From: a virus
DNA: 64,000 nucleotides
Virus record (IMG/VR): IMGVR_UViG_3300031991_000033
Strand: one strand, 5' to 3'
Shown: positions 56,239 to 64,000 of the stretch, one piece after another
How the letters are laid out: every line of letters begins with the position of its first letter
Numbering within the stretch: position 1 is the first letter of the stretch
Program-made: the position numbers and the translations under genes
Notes under the pieces: generated by a model
Told to the model about the DNA's origin: nothing
Databases searched by the model: none
Seen by the model: only the letters and a program-made list of their open reading frames with translations

Positions 56239-58497
56239 ATGTTTAGAACACATCCGAGTCATGTTACAAACAGAAATATCAGACCAAACTTTCCACCCCA
56301 ACCTGAGTTTCCACAAGGTATCCAAGCTGAAGCTTTAAGTATCTGGTGGCCAATTCTACCGGGCGGGGTCGAAGGTTTCGGTCTCTATACGTATGCACCC
56401 GGACTTGATCGGCGATGTGTTGGACAATTTATTGGAAGTTGGGATGCCGATCAGCATTGGGAATATGATGCACAAATAGGTTACAACCTTTCTATCGACG
56501 CTCGCACTCGTTACATTTTCAGAGCGAATAACGACTCTTGGAAATTCAGTAATGGCGAGCAAATTTCGATTTCCTTGTGGTTTAAGCTTCGCTCTATAGT
56601 TTCGAGCAAAACTAATGAAGCTTTGATTGTAAGTGCCGGTGGGTATAATGTTGCTCGTTCTTGGGGTGTTGTTTGGCAACCCGGACGAAACCCTGCTCAA
56701 GGGCATGTTTCTTTCACATTCGGAAATGGAACTAGAGGCTTTGATTATTCGTCAACGAATGGTTCTACAGATGAGTTAAATCGTTGGTATCATGTTTTCA
56801 TGAACCACAAGTTTGGTTCTTCAGATGAAAGTTCAATCTATATCGATGGTGTTTTGAACCGGTCTGGCGGTGGTAATACTAACTCTCCATATACCGGATA
56901 CCAAGATTTGTATTTTGGCAAAGCAGCACCAGATGCCAACTCTACGCAAATACTAGATGGGAACATTACGGATGTTCGTATTTACCGTGACCACCCAGAC
57001 CCACACACATTAGCTAAGGAAATTTACGAACCCCGTTCGAGATGGGATTTGTATTACCCCGGTGCTAAAAGCAAGGTCTTTTTTGTTCCGCATTTTTCAA
57101 GAAATGCTTTGATTCCAAAAGGCATCATCAACACACCTGTTTCCGGTGATGCCCCTTCTTTGGAGACATCGCCACAGTTTCGTGTTTCAACTGTTGTCAA
57201 TCAAGTTGTCGGAACCGCTGTTGGCAATCCCGCCTTGATTGCTATTGGGGTTGAAATTCTTGGCGGACTTGAAGCAACAGATATTACTGGTGGATTGCAA
57301 CCTAGTGGCGAAGCTTTGAATGAAACACCAGATGTTGCCGATGGTGACACAAGACGACCTGTTGGTGGTGCCGAATTAGGTGGTCTCAATCAAGCTGGAT
57401 TTGTTTTTTATTCGGGTGTCGTGGTTGGTGGAGAATTTGACGTTTCTCCTTGGGAACGTTACCCGATCTCCGGTGGTGCCGTGATTGGTGGAAATGCACC
57501 AACTACTTTTTGGGATGTAGTAGACGGAGCAGGTGGTGTCGTACTAGGTGGTGGTGTTGGTAGCACTTACAACAACTTTGAAGATACAGCAACAGGCGGA
57601 ATTGTATTAAACGGTCAGGTCGGAAACGAATACTTTGACATTGGTTCCGGTTCAATTCTGCTTGGTGGTACTGGTTTGATTTTTGAGGGAATTTATGGCG
57701 GTGGAGAAGCTGATATCAATGTAATCTACGCAAATCAAATCGCCAGCGGTGGGGTAGAAGTAGCTGGCGACCCGGTTGGTGGCTTCTTTATGGAAGAGTT
57801 CGGTTCGGGTGGAGCAGAAGCGGCAGGCGATGTAGTTGAAAACGTTGAAGTTTTAGTTGGACAAACTGGCGTGGTTGCTGGTGGTGTCGGCAGATCGAGT
57901 TTCTACGATACAGTTGCAATTGGTGGAGGTTCGCTTGTTGGCGGAACTGGTTTGTTTATCGAATTTTGGATCAATCGTGGGTCAGGCGGCGGTGTTGTTG
58001 GTGGAATTGGACACAATAATCTTGGACGCCGACATGTAACAACATCTAGTGGCGGCATTGCTTCTAGTGGTACACTTGACTTCTGGCACACATTGACGCA
58101 ACAACCTGAAGGTGGAGTCGAAATTACAGGTGGTCACGATGTCTTTTTGAGTAATTGGAGCTACACCTATAATCCAAAGAATCGAACAGTATTCGTTGGC
58201 GGTGGAGCTAAGTCTATTACCAATACCTACAACTTCATTTCAGATGGATCGCCACAATTCAAAATTGGTGGAACCATAGATTTCGTGTTCATGTATGACG
58301 ATAGAGTTTGTAAAGAATCATTCGCATGTGTGGTCGAATACCCGAACAAATACGTTGAGTGTTTTTTGCCGAAACAATTTGATCCTCGACAAGGCAAAGG
58401 TAGACCACAATGGGAAGGACGCTCTGCACTGCTGCCAGCGGTAACAGCTTGCAGACAATATCTCTACTTGCCACCGGAAGACGACGAAGACGAGTAA
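56239..58497 (+). CDS. LamG/concanavalin-like domain plus Gly-rich repeat protein (tail fibre/adhesin-like)
   Basis: ISISLWFK, WYHV, IYIDGVL and G.I.DVRIY; repeated GG.V.GG units. Confidence 0.75.
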   Translation: MFRTHPSHVTNRNIRPNFPPQPEFPQGIQAEALSIWWPILPGGVEGFGLYTYAPGLDRRCVGQFIGSWDADQHWEYDAQIGYNLSIDARTRYIFRANNDSWKFSNGEQISISLWFKLRSIVSSKTNEALIVSAGGYNVARSWGVVWQPGRNPAQGHVSFTFGNGTRGFDYSSTNGSTDELNRWYHVFMNHKFGSSDESSIYIDGVLNRSGGGNTNSPYTGYQDLYFGKAAPDANSTQILDGNITDVRIYRDHPDPHTLAKEIYEPRSRWDLYYPGAKSKVFFVPHFSRNALIPKGIINTPVSGDAPSLETSPQFRVSTVVNQVVGTAVGNPALIAIGVEILGGLEATDITGGLQPSGEALNETPDVADGDTRRPVGGAELGGLNQAGFVFYSGVVVGGEFDVSPWERYPISGGAVIGGNAPTTFWDVVDGAGGVVLGGGVGSTYNNFEDTATGGIVLNGQVGNEYFDIGSGSILLGGTGLIFEGIYGGGEADINVIYANQIASGGVEVAGDPVGGFFMEEFGSGGAEAAGDVVENVEVLVGQTGVVAGGVGRSSFYDTVAIGGGSLVGGTGLFIEFWINRGSGGGVVGGIGHNNLGRRHVTTSSGGIASSGTLDFWHTLTQQPEGGVEITGGHDVFLSNWSYTYNPKNRTVFVGGGAKSITNTYNFISDGSPQFKIGGTIDFVFMYDDRVCKESFACVVEYPNKYVECFLPKQFDPRQGKGRPQWEGRSALLPAVTACRQYLYLPPEDDEDE

Positions 58498-58808
58498 AGA
58501 GGATTGTAAACCACCGAAACACATGCGAAATCTTTATCTTTGTGTGTTTCGTTTTTTATGATCCTGTAAATCGTTGTCAAAGTGACGCCAAATTGATCAG
58601 CCAGAGTTTTCACACAAACTCCTTGTTTGAATGCGTTTCTGATTGCCGCAGCTTGTTTGAATTTTAACTTGGGTCCGTAGTTGGCTCGCTTTGTATTCAT
58701 ACCATAAAATTCAAGCCAACGTGTTGCCGTCTTGTTTGATACTTTGAAGTGATCAACAATCGCTTGTTTGTCCTCGAACTTTTCAAGATGCTTCTGTAAA
58801 GGTCTCAT
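58464..58808 (-). CDS. double HTH DNA-binding protein
   Basis: IVDHFKVSNKTATRWL and LADQFGVTLTTIYRII. Confidence 0.75.
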   Translation of the reverse strand: MRPLQKHLEKFEDKQAIVDHFKVSNKTATRWLEFYGMNTKRANYGPKLKFKQAAAIRNAFKQGVCVKTLADQFGVTLTTIYRIIKNETHKDKDFACVSVVYNPLYSSSSSSGGK

Positions 58809-58902
58809 ATACTAATAAGAATGTCCAAGTACAATTTTTGCAAAAAACGATTTGAGATGTTTATCTACAGGAGACCCCATCATTCAATAGGAGAATAACG
58901 AT

Positions 58903-59319
58903 ATGGCTCTAGTAGTACCTAATGCTGGTGAGTTGGAACTTTTGGACAAGATGTTGAAGGATGCTTTGTCTTTGAACGAAGATTACATTCTCAAGTTGTT
59001 CCAGAACGACTACACCCCAGATCAGACCACAGCTAACGGTTCTTTGACCGAAGCTAACTTCACGAACTACGCCGCTGTGACTTTGACACGTGCCGGTTGG
59101 AACAGTGCTGTAACTGTTTCCAACAAAGCTGAATCTTCTTATGGTTCTGCTGCACAGTCTTGGACTTGCGGTACAACCGGTAACACCATTTACGGTTATT
59201 GGGTTGCCAATCCATCGAACGTTGTTCTGTGGGCTGAGCGATTCGCTGTTTCCCGTGTATTGGCTAACGGTGACGTTCTTAACCTTACACCGAAATTTAC
59301 ATTAAATTCTGAGAATTAA
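58903..59319 (+). CDS. probable virion protein
   Basis: AGGAG RBS; MCP-like codon bias; LKLF.ND..P, EA.F..YA and YGYWV. Confidence 0.75.
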   Translation: MALVVPNAGELELLDKMLKDALSLNEDYILKLFQNDYTPDQTTANGSLTEANFTNYAAVTLTRAGWNSAVTVSNKAESSYGSAAQSWTCGTTGNTIYGYWVANPSNVVLWAERFAVSRVLANGDVLNLTPKFTLNSEN

Positions 59320-59382
59320 GTAATTTTTGGAGTTGAAATTTAACGCCCTCCTCGCTATATTATGTAGTGAAAGGAGGGCGTT

Positions 59383-60231
59383 ATGTTTTGCCCAATATGC
59401 GAAAAAGAATTTCAACCTAATGGTCGCCAAAAGTATTGTTCTACAACTTGTCGAGAAGTTGTAGCACGTGAGCAAAGAGTTGCTTTTCGTAAACGACTTC
59501 AAAAAGAATCTCGTGAATCTACTACAAATACTTGTAAGCAATGTGGTGCTGAGTATACTCCCTATTATTACGATTCTGATCGACAGCAGTTTTGCTCTAA
59601 CGATTGTAAAGTGGAGCACCACAAACTTAGGTATCTTGAAGACAAGAGGCGATCCACAATCATTGAACCACGTGATTGCCTCTATTGCTGTCAATCATTC
59701 ACCCCTGATTACACACCCAACCACGAACGACAGGTTTATTGTTCCAATACTTGTAAGGTTGAATACCACAAAGAGCAATCAAGATTACGTGCAGAGGAAA
59801 TTCGCAAGAACACAGTCAAGCAGTGTCCAATATGTGATTGTGAGTTCACGCCAGAGAAGACATTGAAACAACTTTATTGTTCTGAGAAATGTCGTAAAAC
59901 GATAGGTCGTCGCATTTACAGTATGATGCAGCGGTATCGTGATTCTCTCGGAATTGACAAATCCAGCAAGAGTCAAAAATTGTTGGGTTATTCTCCCAAA
60001 GATTTGTTAGAACACCTGCAAACATTTACAGAGTGGGATCAACTGAAGAATCAATCTTGGCATCTTGATCATAAGATTCCAATTATCGCATTTATGCGTA
60101 ATGGCATCACTGATCCAGTAATTATCTGCAACTTGTCAAATCTTCAACCATTAGCAGGTGGGGATAATTGCTCAAAGAATGATACGTTCGATCAAGCTGC
60201 GTTTGAACAATATATGGAACAGTTTGTTTAA
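59383..60231 (+). CDS. HNH homing endonuclease with repeated Cys-rich Zn modules
   Basis: four CxxC..F/Y.P......(Y/F)CS..C repeats; WHLDHKIP...NLQPL...DN.SKN. Confidence 0.85.
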   Translation: MFCPICEKEFQPNGRQKYCSTTCREVVAREQRVAFRKRLQKESRESTTNTCKQCGAEYTPYYYDSDRQQFCSNDCKVEHHKLRYLEDKRRSTIIEPRDCLYCCQSFTPDYTPNHERQVYCSNTCKVEYHKEQSRLRAEEIRKNTVKQCPICDCEFTPEKTLKQLYCSEKCRKTIGRRIYSMMQRYRDSLGIDKSSKSQKLLGYSPKDLLEHLQTFTEWDQLKNQSWHLDHKIPIIAFMRNGITDPVIICNLSNLQPLAGGDNCSKNDTFDQAAFEQYMEQFV

Positions 60232-60729
60232 TACTTGCGAAGAAAAGCAGAACGGTTACCGTTTTCATCCTCGTCACCATATTCGTGATCGAGTTCGTAG
60301 CCATACTTCTTGGTTTGAAGTAATTTCGCAAGTCTTGGGTTAACCACCCAGAGCTTAGTGTAAGCCCTTCGGATACATCGCCTCCATGTTATTTCGTTCT
60401 TGCTCAGCCTGCCTGATTAGCTTCATGCCAACCATTTCGTAACCTTGCCATTGTGGATGAACAACGACATCAAAGTCCCATCGAGCCATTGGCTCACCAG
60501 ACATTTCGGTCGCTTCGTCGTCATCGCTCCAAGAAGTAAATGCCGCACCGATAACCTCATCTTTGTTATTTAATGCAATTATTGTAGGCTGTTTTGTACT
60601 ATCGGGGCGAATTTTTACGAGATTGGCGATCTGATAGGCTTGTTCGCCGTATTCCCAATCTTCTTCAGGATCAATGTGAATGATTTGAAGACCTTCGTTA
60701 AATTGTAGCCATTCTTTGAAGTCGAGCAT
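60228..60729 (-). pseudogene. GNAT-like acetyltransferase, frameshifted near 60370
   Basis: MLDFKEWL start; FDVVVHPQWQG...VG.KL motif A; the shifted frame continues RAYTKLWVVNPRLAKLL...YGY to a stop at 60228. Confidence 0.65.
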
Positions 60730-60774
60730 AATACCTATATAATGTAGGAACTGCCAAATTAAGGACTTTCAGCC

Positions 60775-61671
60775 ATGATCAAAAAAACACTCATCTTTTT
60801 CATTCTTACTATGGCAATCCTTACAGGGTTTGTTTTGTATGAAAAACTCGGCACTCAGCCGCCGAAGGGTTTCATTAACCCATCCGTTCCTCAGAATGTT
60901 CTGCCGCCGAGCAACAATCCACCTAAAGAACCAAACCAAGATGCTGTGGGATTACAGATCATTCGTGAAATGAATGAAAGAAATGCACAGATCAAAAACT
61001 TCTCCTGTGATCGTGCAATTGTTTATACGTGGCACCAAGGTTTAAGACTTAAGTTTAACGGATCGGTTTATTTCGAAAAGCCGATGGGTCTTAAGATGAA
61101 GGTTTCTTCGATTGTTGGTGAAGAGTTTTTTATGGGTTCCAACCAAGATGAGTTTTGGTTTTGGTCTCGCAGGCTTGATCCGCCAGCTTTGTATCATGCA
61201 AAGCATAAGGACTACAATAAAACAAGGTTGAAGAGTGCATTCAATCCATTGATGATTATGGATTCTTTTGGTTTCAGAGAAATCTTTATTGGTCCGGGCA
61301 TCGCCGTAAAAGAAGTGAACGAGGGCGAGACTACAAAAATTGCAATCATCGAAAAAACCGTGAATAGTATTGGACAACCGATTGGGCATATCACTTTTGT
61401 TGACAAGGTTCACAAAAGATTGCTTGGTCATTTAGTGACAGATGTCAATGGAGAAATGATTGCATCTGCTGAAATTTTGGCATACAACAATGGTTTGCCA
61501 TCGCAAATTTTGTACACTTGGTATGAAGAAGATCAGGCGATGTTGTTAGAGCTTCCGGGTGGCAAAACCAATGTCTCCATGCCCGAAAGTTACTGGACTC
61601 GTCCTCAGATGAATCGTGAGATTGATATGAGTGCAACAGCGGTGGAATTGAAGTGGGACTTCAGGGAGTAA
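60775..61671 (+). CDS. secreted or membrane-anchored protein (possibly LolA-like fold)
   Basis: N-terminal TM/signal; beta-rich G.VYFEKP...KM...MGSN..EFWFW. Confidence 0.65.
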   Translation: MIKKTLIFFILTMAILTGFVLYEKLGTQPPKGFINPSVPQNVLPPSNNPPKEPNQDAVGLQIIREMNERNAQIKNFSCDRAIVYTWHQGLRLKFNGSVYFEKPMGLKMKVSSIVGEEFFMGSNQDEFWFWSRRLDPPALYHAKHKDYNKTRLKSAFNPLMIMDSFGFREIFIGPGIAVKEVNEGETTKIAIIEKTVNSIGQPIGHITFVDKVHKRLLGHLVTDVNGEMIASAEILAYNNGLPSQILYTWYEEDQAMLLELPGGKTNVSMPESYWTRPQMNREIDMSATAVELKWDFRE

Positions 61672-61672
61672 A

Positions 61673-62410
61673 TTGAGTTACTATGACGACCTTGGGGTAA
61701 CTAGGAATGCCACTGAGGAAGAGATTAAGAAAGCTTACAAAAAACTTGCTTTTCAACATCATCCTGATAGACATCCAGACAACCTCGAAGAATCAACGGC
61801 GATATTCAAACTTGCAGCACAGGCATACGAAGTGCTTAGTGATCCTGCGAAGCGATCAGAGTACGATCTGAAAGGATACGTAGGTCGTCGTCGTCGTCCT
61901 CCTCCTCCTCCTCCTCCTCCTCCACACAGACCCGACCCTCCAAAGCCAGCAACGCCAAAGAAGCCTGAGCCGCCTCCAAAGCCAACGAAACCCAATTTAC
62001 TCACGCCTGAAATTACATTCTTTGGTGGGGATAATCATGTTGGTCGATCCATTATGGTACACCTACATTTGACCGCTGCCGAACTTCACAATGGTTGTAA
62101 GAAGCGGTTTATCATTAATAAAAGAGATTTTTGTTCTTATTGTGGCGGTTCGGCGAGAGGGTGGTTTCCTTGTCCAAAATGCAAAAATCACTCGTTGGCA
62201 AGAGGGGTTTGTGGATATTGTAATACCAAAGGTGAAGTAGATACACATTGTCCACAATGTAAAGGCTCAGGTTTTGGCGGTCAGGTTGTAGAAGAGATGT
62301 CTTACGCAATGCCGCCGAAAGCACAAATCGGTCATCAATTCACCATTCGTGGAGCGGGCGAGACCGCAGCAAACAAACCACCCGGCAATGTGGTTATCGT
62401 GCTTGTTTAA
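61673..62410 (+). CDS. DnaJ-like chaperone
   Basis: [29 protein letters not shown]; poly-Pro linker; four CxxC repeats. Confidence 0.9.
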   Translation: MSYYDDLGVTRNATEEEIKKAYKKLAFQHHPDRHPDNLEESTAIFKLAAQAYEVLSDPAKRSEYDLKGYVGRRRRPPPPPPPPPHRPDPPKPATPKKPEPPPKPTKPNLLTPEITFFGGDNHVGRSIMVHLHLTAAELHNGCKKRFIINKRDFCSYCGGSARGWFPCPKCKNHSLARGVCGYCNTKGEVDTHCPQCKGSGFGGQVVEEMSYAMPPKAQIGHQFTIRGAGETAANKPPGNVVIVLV

Positions 62411-62671
62411 TTACTTATTCAAAGCACGACGCACAGCTTCACGACGGAGTTTTTCTACACGTCGCTTGTCTGCGTCAAGTCTTTGAGGACTTACAGGTGC
62501 CGTATTGGTCTGTAAACCAAGTGCTCGAAGTTGTTCTGGGCTTGCACCTGCCGAAATTCCACCTTGTACAGAACCCGTTACTGGACCTGCAACTGCTTGA
62601 ACAGTGCGAGCCTGTCCGTTAATGGTTCGGCGTCTTACGCCACGTTTTCCGCCCCCACATCCACATCCCAT
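62411..62671 (-). CDS. small basic protein with MGCGC N-terminus
   Basis: AGGAG RBS; TACATA upstream. Confidence 0.7.
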   Translation of the reverse strand: MGCGCGGGKRGVRRRTINGQARTVQAVAGPVTGSVQGGISAGASPEQLRALGLQTNTAPVSPQRLDADKRRVEKLRREAVRRALNK

Positions 62672-62731
62672 AATTTTCTCCTAATCTGCGACGAGGTTAC
62701 TCTATTTTATGTAGCATCTAAGGAGAGAAAT

Positions 62732-64000
62732 ATGAATGCACAAATCGACCAAGAGAAGGCTGAAGCCATTGTAAAACACGCCGTTGAAGTCATCAAAGAG
62801 AAACTGATGGTTCAACCTTTATACGCTGAAGTGATTTGTCAGCAGTTGGTGCGAGCCTGTCCTGAATACGCTGATGGTTACCATTTGTTGGGATTGATCA
62901 AACAGCGTCTTCAACAGTTCGACGAGGGTGTCACAATCATCAAACGAGCTATCGAACTCGACCCAGACAACGCCGACAATTACAACAACATCGCTTTGTG
63001 TTACGCTAATCTAGGTCAGTACGAACTTGCCAAAGAGAATCTCGACAAAGCCATTTCTTTGAGAAACAACTATCTGTACTACAACAATCTGGCATTGCAA
63101 TACCGTCAGACCCGTGAGTACGAACGAGCTATTGAATTGTTCGAGAAGGCTATCGAGATCAATGAAAGCAAAGACCCACAACTTTGGAATAATCTTGGCG
63201 GCATCTACGGCGAACTCAAAGACCTAGACAAAGCCGAAGAGTGTTTCTTGAAAGCCGCCGAGCTTGATCCAAAGTTTTCTGCATCTCACGTCGATCTGGC
63301 TTTCACCTATCATTTGAAGGGTGATTGGGTGCGTGGGTTTGAAGAGTATGAGTGGCGTGTAGAGCACTTCAAACAACTTGATCACTACAAGCGTCATTAC
63401 GATATGGACAAGAAGTGGGATGGTCAAGATTCTTTGTTTGGAAAAACCATTATGGTTTACGGCGAACAAGGCTTGGGAGATGTGATTCAGTTTTCCCGTT
63501 ACTTGAAAAAATTGAAAGCTCTTGGTGCCGCTAAGGTGATCTTGCACACTCCATCTTCTTGTGAACCGATTGTTGCACGTGTTGAAGGTGTTGACGAAAC
63601 CTTCGTTGCAGATATTGTAAACGACAAAGAAATCGACATGCCTGAATACGATTACCAGTGCATGTCTATGAGTTTGCCTCACTTGCTGAAGGATTATACA
63701 CCTACTGGTGAGCCATATTTGAAGCCTTTGGCAACACTACCATTTGATGATTACCAAGATAAGTTGAAGATTGGCATTGTTTGGGCAGGAAGCCCTGCTC
63801 ACCCGAACGACTCTACTCGTTCAATGTTTTTGAATGAATTCCGCCCGATTCATGATTTGAGAGGCGTGAAGTTGTTCAATTTGCAGGTCAATTATCGTAA
63901 GCGAATTTATACGATGGGCAAACGAATTGTTGACCTAACGGATGGTTGCGAAGACATGAAGATCGTTGATTTAACAACGATGATTGAGACTTTTGAAGAC
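62732..64000 (+). CDS. TPR-repeat plus GT9-like glycosyltransferase (runs off the window end)
   Basis: not in the ORF track because it has no stop in the window; AAGGAG RBS; TPRs (AIELDPDNADNYNN, LWNNLGG), then WDG...GKTI.VYGEQGLGD.IQF.RY and IGIVWAG. Confidence 0.85.
   Translation, partial: MNAQIDQEKAEAIVKHAVEVIKEKLMVQPLYAEVICQQLVRACPEYADGYHLLGLIKQRLQQFDEGVTIIKRAIELDPDNADNYNNIALCYANLGQYELAKENLDKAISLRNNYLYYNNLALQYRQTREYERAIELFEKAIEINESKDPQLWNNLGGIYGELKDLDKAEECFLKAAELDPKFSASHVDLAFTYHLKGDWVRGFEEYEWRVEHFKQLDHYKRHYDMDKKWDGQDSLFGKTIMVYGEQGLGDVIQFSRYLKKLKALGAAKVILHTPSSCEPIVARVEGVDETFVADIVNDKEIDMPEYDYQCMSMSLPHLLKDYTPTGEPYLKPLATLPFDDYQDKLKIGIVWAGSPAHPNDSTRSMFLNEFRPIHDLRGVKLFNLQVNYRKRIYTMGKRIVDLTDGCEDMKIVDLTTMIETFED

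Noticed and set aside
61884-61924. (cgt)n(cct)n trinucleotide run as a contingency locus
   Set aside because: It is an in-frame Arg/Pro linker of DnaJ; length changes would not shift the frame.
1-64000. Bacterial chromosome or prophage origin; alternative genetic code; tRNA or rRNA genes
   Set aside because: Host-like genes are interleaved with T4-like head genes and late-promoter motifs, and no integrase was seen. Long genes read through in the standard code with all three stops in use. No tRNA or rRNA was recognised by eye, though a tRNAscan run is still advisable.

Overview
This window looks like 64 kb of a large T4-like (myovirus-type, probably jumbo) phage genome. It carries a head module (candidate core protein, gp21-like prohead protease, gp22-like scaffold, gp23-like major capsid protein) and DNA metabolism genes (gyrA/gyrB, UvrD-like and Dda/RecD-like helicases, 5'-3' exonuclease, RNase HI, Prim-Pol, Dam-like methylase, two homing endonucleases). 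It also has many host-like auxiliary genes (HDAC-family deacetylase, guaC, coaD, coaE, IscA, SpoU, McsA-like, DnaJ, GroES-like, S8 protease, glycosyltransferases, HldD-like epimerase) and probable virion proteins. I saw no rRNA, tRNA or CRISPR array, and the host cannot be assigned by eye. The main finding is a dispersed family of nine short, otherwise unrelated reading frames that all end in the same peptide, [acidic]-W-[VI]-K-E-G-[FL]-stop, conserved at protein level. Three of them are re-coded fragments of the phage's own major capsid protein: one spans the region equivalent to the T4 Gol peptide and one has its capsid segments in swapped order. A fourth resembles the tail-sheath C-terminal domain, and three more lie just downstream of an McsA-like gene. 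I infer a 'variable bait plus common C-terminal tag' decoy or adaptor system; this is untested. Secondary patterns are an N-terminal capsid-targeting-like motif on about 10 proteins, TAnATA late promoters that may drive leaderless mRNAs, two candidate sRNAs and several frameshifted genes. All annotations come from motif recognition by eye; no database searches were run.
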